Made by a program: the position numbers and the translations under genes. DNA of 64,000 nt from a virus. The stretch's first letter is position 1. Each line of letters begins with the position of its first letter. The notes beneath the pieces are model-generated. The model worked only from the letters and a program-made list of their open reading frames with translations, was not told where the DNA came from and did not search any database. Location: the IMG/VR virus record IMGVR_UViG_3300045988_167643; one strand, 5' to 3'. This document shows, piece after piece, positions 9,643 to 17,790 of the stretch.

Positions 9643-12270
9643 TTGTACGGTTTAAAAAGTAGTGAAGTAGAAAAGCAGAGAGAAAAGTATGGTAGTAATA
9701 AACTGCCAGAGAAAAAGCTGAAAACATGGTTTCAGTTCTTTATGGAAACATTTAAAGATCACATAAATCAGATTCTATTAGCAATGATGATTGTATTTAC
9801 AGTTATTGCAGTGTTTGGACAGGGATCTTATTCAGAACCGATTGGTGTAGCAGTAGTATTATTGGCAATCGCATTGTTAGGAATGAACACCGGACTGAAA
9901 AGCCAGAAAAGTACAAAAGAGTTGAAGGATAGGACATCAGTTCATTATTGTAATGTAATCAGAAATGGAAAAATCGAGCATATCAATACAAATGATTTGG
10001 TTGTCGGTGATCTGGTTATCATTCAGTCCGGAGAAGCCATTCATGCAGATGGTTATCTGGTAGAAGGAAATATAAAAGTTGACAACTCTGTATTGAATGG
10101 AGAGTCAGAGCCTTGCAAAAAAACAGCATGGGATAAAGAAGATTCACCTATCGCATTTGGTGGTCAGAGAAAAGCGGATTCAAGTGATTATACAAATTCT
10201 TACGCACTGTTTTCCGGAACAACGGTAACAGACGGTGAAGGAAAGATGATCGTAACTAATGTTGGTGTTGACACAGTAAACGGTCAGACAATTTCGACCA
10301 TTGATGAAATCGAAGAAACAAAGACTTCCCTGGAAATCCAGTTGGAGGATCTTGCTGGACAGATTAGTAAATTCGGGTATATCGGAGCTTTAATCATTGT
10401 TGTAGCATTGATTATCACAAACATTATCCAGTACGGCGGTATCGCTGAATACTTTGGAATGGGTTGGATTGGTATTTTGAAAAATATTCTTACCATTGCA
10501 GTAACTGCGCTTACCATTATTGTCGCAGCAGTACCAGAAGGACTTCCGTTGATTATTAACCTTATTACCGCGCAGAATGCAAAAGTAATGATTAAACACA
10601 ATGTCCTAGCTAAACACACTAACAAGATTCCAGAAGCAGGTAATATTCAGTTACTTTGTACCGACAAAACAGGAACGCTTACAGTTGGGAAACTTGTTCC
10701 AGTAGAGAATGTAATGGGTGATGGAAAATCTATTATAGAAGATGAAAATACATATAATTTGTTTAAATATAATGTCATCTTAAATAGTAGTGCAATGTTT
10801 GATGAAAATAATAAAATTGTTGGTGGAAATGCCACAGAGAGAGCATTACTTTCTTTAGTTAATGCAGATGAGTATAAGAAAATCACTGGATCTACAACTA
10901 TTGTAAACAAGAAGAGTTTTAATAGTGCAAATAAATTTAGTGCTGTTGAAACAGAATATAACGGTGAGACATTTACATATTATAAAGGTGCTCCAGAGAG
11001 ATTGATTGATGCAGCAACAAAATGCGTGACTCTAAACGGTCTTGAGCCTATTGATAAAGATAAACTTAAAATGATTGTAAGATCATATACCGTTAAAGCA
11101 ATGAGAGTAATTGCTACTGGTTATAGTTCTTCTAAGCTTCCAGAAGATGGATTCCCAAATGATCTTATTATTACATCTTTGGTTGCAATTCGTGATGATG
11201 TTCGTCCGGAAGTACCAGAAGCAGTGGCAAAAATGCACGATGCAGGAGTCCAAGTAATGATGGTAACTGGCGACGTTATCGACACAGCGAAAGCTATCGC
11301 AAAAGATGCTGGATTGATCACAAGTGAATCTGATATTGCAATGTCTGCTATTGACTTTGATGCATTGTCAGATGAAGAGGCAAAAGAAAAACTTCCTTAT
11401 ATTAAAGTTATTGCTAGAGCAACACCAAACACTAAACTTAGAATTGTACGTTTAGCTCAAGAACTTGGTCTTTGTGTAGGTATGACTGGCGATGGAACAA
11501 ATGATGCACCAGCACTGAAAGCTGCAGATGTTGGATTCTCAATGGGATCTGGAACAGACGTATGTAAAGAAGCTGGAGATATTATTATCACAGATGACAA
11601 CTTTGTATCTATCACAGATGCGGTTCTTCTTGGAAGAACATTCATGCACAACGTTATGAAGTTCCTGAAATTCCAATTGCCTATCAATGTAGGTCTGGTA
11701 ATTCTAAGTATTTTATATCCGATCATCATGGCTGTAGAAGCAGTCGCAGCAGTACAGATTCTTGTAATTAACATTGTTATGGATTCTCTTAATTCACTTT
11801 CCTTTGGTGGAGAACCGGCGAAAGATGAATATATGAAAGAAAAGCCTATTCCGAAAGGATCAAAACTTCTTTCAAAAGAAACTATCGGTCAGATTGCAGT
11901 ATCAGTTGTGGCATTTATTGGAATCTTTGGTATTACTTTATTACCACCGGTACAGAAAATTTTCGGAAACAATGAGTCTGTTTATGCCACAGTCAGATTT
12001 GCACTACTCATTATGATGGCAACATTCAACGGATTTAATATTAGAACAGACGGATTCAATCTGTTTAAGGGTATCGGCAAAAATAAACTTTTCATCGAAA
12101 TTGCAGTTGTAATTTTCGCCTTAACATTTGCTCTGGCACAGTTCGGGGGAGATATTATGGGATGTACAGCAATGACGCTTATGCAGTGGGGTGTAACAGT
12201 TGTTTTGGCATTTATGATTATCCCAATTGATTTAGTACGAAAAGCTGTTATAAAAATTAAAAGAAAGTAG
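9643..12270 (+). CDS. P-type ATPase, P2 (Ca2+-transporter-like)
   Basis: Carries the phosphorylation motif CTDKTGTLT, TM4 AVPEGLP, MVTGD, and the hinge TGDGTNDAPALKAADVG. About 8-10 hydrophobic helices. TTG start. Confidence 0.9.
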   Translation: MYGLKSSEVEKQREKYGSNKLPEKKLKTWFQFFMETFKDHINQILLAMMIVFTVIAVFGQGSYSEPIGVAVVLLAIALLGMNTGLKSQKSTKELKDRTSVHYCNVIRNGKIEHINTNDLVVGDLVIIQSGEAIHADGYLVEGNIKVDNSVLNGESEPCKKTAWDKEDSPIAFGGQRKADSSDYTNSYALFSGTTVTDGEGKMIVTNVGVDTVNGQTISTIDEIEETKTSLEIQLEDLAGQISKFGYIGALIIVVALIITNIIQYGGIAEYFGMGWIGILKNILTIAVTALTIIVAAVPEGLPLIINLITAQNAKVMIKHNVLAKHTNKIPEAGNIQLLCTDKTGTLTVGKLVPVENVMGDGKSIIEDENTYNLFKYNVILNSSAMFDENNKIVGGNATERALLSLVNADEYKKITGSTTIVNKKSFNSANKFSAVETEYNGETFTYYKGAPERLIDAATKCVTLNGLEPIDKDKLKMIVRSYTVKAMRVIATGYSSSKLPEDGFPNDLIITSLVAIRDDVRPEVPEAVAKMHDAGVQVMMVTGDVIDTAKAIAKDAGLITSESDIAMSAIDFDALSDEEAKEKLPYIKVIARATPNTKLRIVRLAQELGLCVGMTGDGTNDAPALKAADVGFSMGSGTDVCKEAGDIIITDDNFVSITDAVLLGRTFMHNVMKFLKFQLPINVGLVILSILYPIIMAVEAVAAVQILVINIVMDSLNSLSFGGEPAKDEYMKEKPIPKGSKLLSKETIGQIAVSVVAFIGIFGITLLPPVQKIFGNNESVYATVRFALLIMMATFNGFNIRTDGFNLFKGIGKNKLFIEIAVVIFALTFALAQFGGDIMGCTAMTLMQWGVTVVLAFMIIPIDLVRKAVIKIKRK

Positions 12271-12278
12271 GAAAGTAT

Positions 12279-12467
12279 ATGGTTAAAAGAGATAAAGAGT
12301 ACAAGAAAATTGAAAATATAACCTTGTGTTGTTACGCCGTAGGGCTGGGGCTTGCATGTGCAACAAAGTTTCTGCCATTTATCCTTTTAACTGTTATGGC
12401 ATATCCTATTTCATTTCGAGTAGTAGATAATAAATGGAGTGGTAAAAATGCCACTCCTAGAAAATAA
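12279..12467 (+). CDS. small membrane protein (62 aa)
   Basis: ORF track. Two hydrophobic helices, wedged between the ATPase and the first TerD gene. Confidence 0.55.
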   Translation: MVKRDKEYKKIENITLCCYAVGLGLACATKFLPFILLTVMAYPISFRVVDNKWSGKNATPRK

Positions 12468-12481
12468 AAGGAGAAAATATT

Positions 12482-13048
12482 ATGGTAAGTTTAGTAAAAG
12501 GACAGAAAGTAGATCTTACAAAAGGAAACGCAGGATTAAAGCAGATTATCGTTGGTTTGGGATGGGATGCAAATAAGTACGATGGTGATAATTTTGATCT
12601 GGATTCGGCAGCATTTCTTCTTGGAACAAATGGAAAAGTAAGAAATTCAGATGATTTCGTATATTATAACAATCTCAAACATTCAAGTTGTGCAGTTCAG
12701 CATATGGGTGACAATCTTACTGGTTTAGGCAATGGAGACGATGAGCAGATTATCGTTGATTTGACAAAGATTCCGGCTGATGTTGAAAAAATTGCATTTA
12801 CAGTAACTATCTATATGGCAGAAGAGAGACTGCAGAACTTCGGTATGGTTTCCAATTCATACATTAGAATGGTAAACAAAGACAATGATGAAGAGATGAT
12901 CCGCTACGACCTGGGAGAAGATTATTCCACAGAAACAGCAATGGTTCTTGGCGAACTGTATCGCCACAACGGAGAATGGAAATTCAATGCTATTGGACAG
13001 GGATATTCCGGTGGTTTACAGGCACTTTGCAGTAGTTTTGGAGTTTAA
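12482..13048 (+). CDS. terD: TerD-family protein (paralog 1)
   Basis: Canonical TerD signatures: [46 protein letters not shown]. Confidence 0.9.
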   Translation: MVSLVKGQKVDLTKGNAGLKQIIVGLGWDANKYDGDNFDLDSAAFLLGTNGKVRNSDDFVYYNNLKHSSCAVQHMGDNLTGLGNGDDEQIIVDLTKIPADVEKIAFTVTIYMAEERLQNFGMVSNSYIRMVNKDNDEEMIRYDLGEDYSTETAMVLGELYRHNGEWKFNAIGQGYSGGLQALCSSFGV

Positions 13049-13066
13049 TGTAGGAGGAAATAAATA

Positions 13067-13720
13067 ATGGCAGTAAGTTTAACAAAAGGGCAAAAAGTAA
13101 ATCTTTCAAAAGCAGTAGAGAAACTGGCAAATGTAACTGTAGGACTTGGATGGGATATGGCACAGAGCGGAAGCAGAATTGATTGTGATTCTTCTGTATT
13201 TGTACTTCGTGAATCCACAAAACGAATTTCAAAGAAAGTGAAATCTGGACTGTTCGGACTTTTTTCAAAGGTAGAAACAGATGAAGTTACAGAATGTAGT
13301 CTGACAAGATCTGATGATATTATTTATTATGGAAATCTTACACATGATAGCGGTTGCGTTAAACATAGGGGTGACAATCTTGTTGGTGGAAAGGGCAAAA
13401 GAAATGATGACGAACAGATTGCGATTGATTTGAAGAAAATGCCGCCGGATATTAAGAAGTTGGTAGTGGTTGTGAATATCTACAACTGTAGAGTTAAGGG
13501 GCAGCATTTTGGAATGATCAAAAACTGTTATGCAAGAATTGTAGATGATGCAACCAAAGAAGAAATTTGTCGCTACAATCTTACAGATGGTTATGACAAA
13601 TGTACAGCACTTATCGTTGGAGAGCTGTATCGTGACGAAAATGATGAATGGCAGTTTAAAGCTATCGGTGAGGGAACACAGGATGGTAGTATTTCTGATA
13701 TGGCAAAAAGATACAAATAA
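13067..13720 (+). CDS. terD: TerD-family protein (paralog 2, divergent, with insertion)
   Basis: Carries GLGWD, DCDSSVFVL, GDNLVGGKGKRNDDEQIAIDL and EWQFKAIGEG. About 25 extra residues (KRISKKVKSGLFGLFSKVETDEVTECS) sit after the first beta hairpin. Confidence 0.85.
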   Translation: MAVSLTKGQKVNLSKAVEKLANVTVGLGWDMAQSGSRIDCDSSVFVLRESTKRISKKVKSGLFGLFSKVETDEVTECSLTRSDDIIYYGNLTHDSGCVKHRGDNLVGGKGKRNDDEQIAIDLKKMPPDIKKLVVVVNIYNCRVKGQHFGMIKNCYARIVDDATKEEICRYNLTDGYDKCTALIVGELYRDENDEWQFKAIGEGTQDGSISDMAKRYK

Positions 13721-13750
13721 CGAAGGAAATAATGAAGGAGATAAAGTGAT

Positions 13751-14329
13751 ATGTCAGTAAGTCTTAAAAAGGGAGATAAAGTTGCACTGTCAAAGGACAG
13801 TATTGTAAATAGAATTTCCGTTTGCCTTGGTTGGGACACAGCAAAGTATGATGATGATGGAGATTTTGATTTGGATGCTTCTGCATTTGTTGTTACCAAA
13901 GCTGGTATAACAAGATCTGATAATGATTTTGTATTTTACAATAACCTGAAACATCCGAGTGGTGGAGTAATCCATAGCGGAGATAATTTAACAGGCTTTG
14001 GAGAGGGTGATGATGAAGTCATCAAAGTGGATCTTGAAAAACTTCCAAAATATGCGGACAGAGTAGTATTTTGTGTGACCATTTTTGAGGCAGAACGCCG
14101 TATGCAGAATTTTGGCATGGTGGAAAACTCATATATCCGTATTGTAGATGATGTAACTGGAAACGAAATTATGAGATACGATCTCAAAGAGAAGTTCGGA
14201 AATTCTACAGCTATCATTGCTGGTGAAATTTATCGTGATGAATCAAAATGGAAGTTTCATGCAGTAGGAGAAGGACGGGATGGCGGTCTTTTAGAACTGT
14301 GCAAAGAATTTGAAGTAGAGGTAGAATAA
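13751..14329 (+). CDS. terD: TerD-family protein (paralog 3)
   Basis: Carries LGWD, DFDLDASAFVV, GDNLTGFGEGDDEVIKVDL and KWKFHAVGEG. Confidence 0.9.
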   Translation: MSVSLKKGDKVALSKDSIVNRISVCLGWDTAKYDDDGDFDLDASAFVVTKAGITRSDNDFVFYNNLKHPSGGVIHSGDNLTGFGEGDDEVIKVDLEKLPKYADRVVFCVTIFEAERRMQNFGMVENSYIRIVDDVTGNEIMRYDLKEKFGNSTAIIAGEIYRDESKWKFHAVGEGRDGGLLELCKEFEVEVE

Positions 14330-14330
14330 A

Positions 14331-15098
14331 ATGACAGTAGGAACAAGTAATGTAGTTATCTTTTGTCTCTCAATCTTGGGAGTAATTATTATTGCGGCAC
14401 TGATTTTAAACAAAACATTTTTCAAGCAACTCGTAATTAAGTTCAGAGGAAGAACGGAAGAAATCGCAAGACAGGACGCTTCTACGCCGGATGGTGCAAG
14501 AGATTATTTCAATAATGCGATCAGAGAAAAAGAGACTCTGTACAGCAAAGCAGAACAGTCTTATACAGAGATTGCCGGTAAACTGGATGAAGCAGAAAAA
14601 GAACAGTACGACCTCAAAAAAGAACTTATGAAGATTGATAAGTCTATCAATAATTGTCTGGATTCTGGTGATGATGATACTGCAAGACAGTATGCTATGA
14701 AGAAGATTACTATTCAGGGTAAGATTGAGACGTTGAAAGATACTATTGAAGAATACAAAAAAGCAAAAGAGCAGCAGAATGAAATCCGTAGTGCTATTAA
14801 GCAGGAACTCGATGAACTCAAAGAGGAAAAAGAAAGAACGGTTTATCAAATGGAAGCAGATCAGCAGATTATTTCTCTGCATGAGGGCATGAATGCAAGT
14901 GCAAGCACAAACGAAAGTGACCGTATGCTTGAAAGAGTGCGCGAGGGTGCGAAGAAAACAAGAGAACGTGCAGCAGGAGCGCAGATTGCTTATGACACAA
15001 GTACAGAGGCAATGGATCGCAGAATGGAAACACAGGAAAGAAATCGTGCGGCTGATGAAGTACTTGCTGAGATGAAACGAAGGAGAAACAACAAATAA
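14331..15098 (+). CDS. membrane-anchored PspA/IM30-like coiled-coil protein
   Basis: N-terminal TM helix (VVIFCLSILGVIIIAALIL) followed by about 215 aa of heptad-rich sequence. Segments align by eye to PspA (DDDTARQYAMKKITIQ.., MLERVREGAKKTRERAAGAQ). Confidence 0.55.
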   Translation: MTVGTSNVVIFCLSILGVIIIAALILNKTFFKQLVIKFRGRTEEIARQDASTPDGARDYFNNAIREKETLYSKAEQSYTEIAGKLDEAEKEQYDLKKELMKIDKSINNCLDSGDDDTARQYAMKKITIQGKIETLKDTIEEYKKAKEQQNEIRSAIKQELDELKEEKERTVYQMEADQQIISLHEGMNASASTNESDRMLERVREGAKKTRERAAGAQIAYDTSTEAMDRRMETQERNRAADEVLAEMKRRRNNK

Positions 15099-15193
15099 TG
15101 ATTGTTATAAATATCGGGGCATTTATCATTTGTATTGCAACAGCTTTTATTGTAGGTTTCTGCACTGGAAAAGTAAAGAAGAAAAAGAATTAA
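15098..15193 (+). CDS. micro membrane ORF (31 aa)
   Basis: Read by hand. ATG overlaps the upstream stop (TAATG). Sequence is MIVINIGAFIICIATAFIVGFCTGKVKKKKN. Confidence 0.35.
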   Translation: MIVINIGAFIICIATAFIVGFCTGKVKKKKN

Positions 15194-15410
15194 GAAGTTG
15201 AATAGTGGAATGTTGGCTTAGAAGCAGCCATCATCTAAGGAGTAGGGCTTTAAGTCTAAAGGTATGAAAAACTTCAATCGAAGATAAACGAGTAAGAGAA
15301 TAGGATGTAAAGAGTTATGATACGTCACCCCTTAACAGGTAAGGACAAGTCCCCTTTTGGCGTAATAGCACACCACTATTAATATTTTAGATGCATTTAA
15401 AAAATTAGGT

Positions 15411-15546
15411 CGTGCAGTGGCAGAATGGACATATGCGTATAATAATGCTTTATTTACAAAATTAGGCATATTATAATGGCGAATTTATGTCAGTAAACAA
15501 AATTGATAAAATTTGCTTATATAGGGTTCAAATCCCTATCTGCACA
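15411..15546 (+). ncRNA. 136-nt tRNA-shaped RNA with oversized anticodon-like and variable-like arms
   Basis: Acceptor-like pairing GTGCAG(15412-17)/CTGCAC(15540-45). Type-II-like D arm TG-GCA-GAATGGACATA-TGC. Canonical T arm ATAGGG-TTCAAAT-CCCTAT. Two long internal hairpins. Confidence 0.45.
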
Positions 15547-15573
15547 TTAAATCTTAAAGAAAGGAGAATAAAA

Positions 15574-16953
15574 ATGATAGAGGGTATTGTATTACCAGAG
15601 TCCGTAAAATCTATATTTTACGTACTTAATCGTAATGGTTATGAAGCCTATCTTGTAGGTGGAGCTGTACGAAATTCTATTATAGGATTACCTGTACACG
15701 ACTGGGATATCTGCACAAATGCCTTGCCGGAAGACGTATGTAAATTATTCCGTAGTAAAGGATTTCGTGTAGTAGAAACAGGCTTGCAGCATGGCACTGT
15801 AACTGTCATGGTAAATTATCGTGGATACGAGATAACTACTTATAGAACTGATGGAAAATATACTGATAGTCGCCATCCAGATTCTGTAAAATTTATCGGA
15901 AGTATTCACGAAGATTTAGCAAGACGTGATTTTACAATGAATGCAATTGCTTATAATGACGATGATGGATTTATTGATCCGTTCAATGGACTAAAAGATA
16001 TTGAGAATAAAGTTATACGATGTGTAGGCACACCTGTTGATAGATTCACAGAAGATCCGTTACGTATTATGAGAGCTGTAAGGTTTGCCGCCCAATTAGG
16101 ATTCCATATTGAAAACTATACCAATATTGCAATGGTACAAACAAATGATGGTTTGTCAAAGATTTCTGCAGAAAGAATACAATCAGAGCTGTGTAAGATT
16201 CTTATTTCAGATCATCCTGAGTATGTACTTGATTATTATATTGATATTTCACCGGCAATTCCTGAGTTAAGTAAGATGATGGGATGCTCTCAAAATAACA
16301 TGTATCACATTTATGATGTATGGAATCACACCAGATTTTCATTAACAGCTTGTAGAATACATGAATTAGAGACCAGACTTGCTATCTTATTGCACGATAT
16401 TGGTAAACCAGAATCAAAAACTGTAGATCGAGGAATTGAGCACTTCTATGGACATGCTGTTAAAAGTGCAGAGATTACTGAATCACTACTTCGTAGACTA
16501 AAATTTTCCAACGAGATTAGGGAATCTGTAGTAGAACTTGTAGCAAGTCATGATATGGAAATTGTACCAAAACCAAATAAAATTAAAAAATATCTGAATA
16601 AACTTGGTGAAGCACAACTTAGAAGACTGTTAGATGTAAGATTCTGCGATATTATGGCACACAATCCGTATTATGCAAAAGATCGTCTATGGGAAATTTT
16701 TCGTGCAGAAGAAATATTAAATGAAGTTCTGGCAGAAGCGAAGTGTTTTTCTATAAAAGATTTGGCTATAAATGGGAAGGATATTATGGAACTTGGCGTA
16801 CCGGAAGGACCAGATGTCGGAAAATGGCTTAAATATGCATTAGAGGAAGTAATTAATGACAGGTTGGATAACGGCAAAGAAGATATTCTAAACGATATTG
16901 AGGCTAAATTATTTGCAGAAAGAGAAGAAGGTAATGACGAGGAAATGTCCTAA
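15574..16953 (+). CDS. cca: CCA-adding enzyme (tRNA nucleotidyltransferase) with HD domain
   Basis: Carries GGAVRNSIIGLPVHDWDI (the class II NTase GGxVR..D.D motif), RDFTMNA, and the HD motif LLHDIGKP. AAGGAG RBS precedes ATG 15574. The track's upstream extension covers the tRNA-like T arm. Confidence 0.9.
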   Translation: MIEGIVLPESVKSIFYVLNRNGYEAYLVGGAVRNSIIGLPVHDWDICTNALPEDVCKLFRSKGFRVVETGLQHGTVTVMVNYRGYEITTYRTDGKYTDSRHPDSVKFIGSIHEDLARRDFTMNAIAYNDDDGFIDPFNGLKDIENKVIRCVGTPVDRFTEDPLRIMRAVRFAAQLGFHIENYTNIAMVQTNDGLSKISAERIQSELCKILISDHPEYVLDYYIDISPAIPELSKMMGCSQNNMYHIYDVWNHTRFSLTACRIHELETRLAILLHDIGKPESKTVDRGIEHFYGHAVKSAEITESLLRRLKFSNEIRESVVELVASHDMEIVPKPNKIKKYLNKLGEAQLRRLLDVRFCDIMAHNPYYAKDRLWEIFRAEEILNEVLAEAKCFSIKDLAINGKDIMELGVPEGPDVGKWLKYALEEVINDRLDNGKEDILNDIEAKLFAEREEGNDEEMS

Positions 16954-17122
16954 ATGTGGTCAATATATGAGTTCTGCAATTAAATACGATTATGGACACC
17001 CTATTGTTGTACATGAGTGTTCATGTGGCTATTCTGAATTGCAAGAGTGGATGAAATATAGCGACAAACTAAATTATGATAATGTTACAAAAACTTGTAA
17101 AGATTCAATTGGAGGAATTTAA
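16934..17122 (+). CDS. small zinc-ribbon protein
   Basis: CPKCG ... CSCG pattern. ATG 16934 has a purine-rich RBS and overlaps the cca 3' end. Confidence 0.5.
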   Translation: MTRKCPKCGQYMSSAIKYDYGHPIVVHECSCGYSELQEWMKYSDKLNYDNVTKTCKDSIGGI

Positions 17123-17790
17123 TGAGATTTTATATTGCAGACAATCATTTTCATCATGCAAAAATGAATACTGCTATGGATAAACGTGGTTTTGAATCAC
17201 TGGAAGCAATGCATGATTACATGATTAAGCAGTGGAATTCTGTTGTAAGAAAGAACGATGAAGTTGTAATCCTTGGAGATTTTTCACTTGGGAAGGGTGA
17301 GGAAACAAATGGAATACTTCGTCAGTTAAATGGGAAGAAGTTTTTAGTAAATGGTGGACATGACAAGTTTTTACAAGACAGGAAATTTGACCAGTCACTA
17401 TTTCAGTGGATTAAGCCTTATGCAGAAATGCATGATGATGGAAGAAAAGTAGTCTTATGTCACTATCCAATATTTTGCTATAATGGACAGTTTCGTACTG
17501 ATAAAGATGGTAAACCCATTACCTGGATGCTGCATGGACACACTCATCTTACGGAAGATCAGGAATTAGTGGAACAGTTCAAAGACATAACGAGAAGTAC
17601 ATTACGTAAATCAAAATATGATAATGAATCAAAAACAATTCCGGTACAGATGATTGATTGTTTTTGCATGTTATCTGATTATAAACCACTTACATTGGAC
17701 CAGTGGATTGAAATGGAACAAAGTGGTGTTATCAAGGATTTGATTGATCGAAAATGGTATTACAGTGACAATAAGAGGAGCAGTGAATGA
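17122..17790 (+). CDS. calcineurin-like metallophosphoesterase
   Basis: Carries the motifs ADNHFHH, ILGDFS, GGHD and HGHTH. Confidence 0.8.
   Translation: MRFYIADNHFHHAKMNTAMDKRGFESLEAMHDYMIKQWNSVVRKNDEVVILGDFSLGKGEETNGILRQLNGKKFLVNGGHDKFLQDRKFDQSLFQWIKPYAEMHDDGRKVVLCHYPIFCYNGQFRTDKDGKPITWMLHGHTHLTEDQELVEQFKDITRSTLRKSKYDNESKTIPVQMIDCFCMLSDYKPLTLDQWIEMEQSGVIKDLIDRKWYYSDNKRSSE

Noticed and set aside
10284-11774. Minus-strand ORFs (113, 69, 87, 66 and 105 aa) inside the P-type ATPase gene
   Set aside because: They lie antisense within a gene whose motifs are all intact, have no RBS, and have low-complexity or hydrophobic composition typical of shadow frames.
13265-15165. Antisense and alternative-frame ORFs across the TerD paralogs and the PspA-like gene (for example 13591..13899, 14406..14882, 14893..15075)
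   Set aside because: They overlap well-supported sense genes and are repetitive shadow frames of Glu/Lys-rich coding sequence.
15487-15573. 29-codon N-terminal extension of the CCA-enzyme ORF given in the track
   Set aside because: The extension reads straight through the T arm and acceptor of the tRNA-shaped RNA. A strong AAGGAG RBS precedes the internal ATG at 15574, where homology to CCA enzymes begins.
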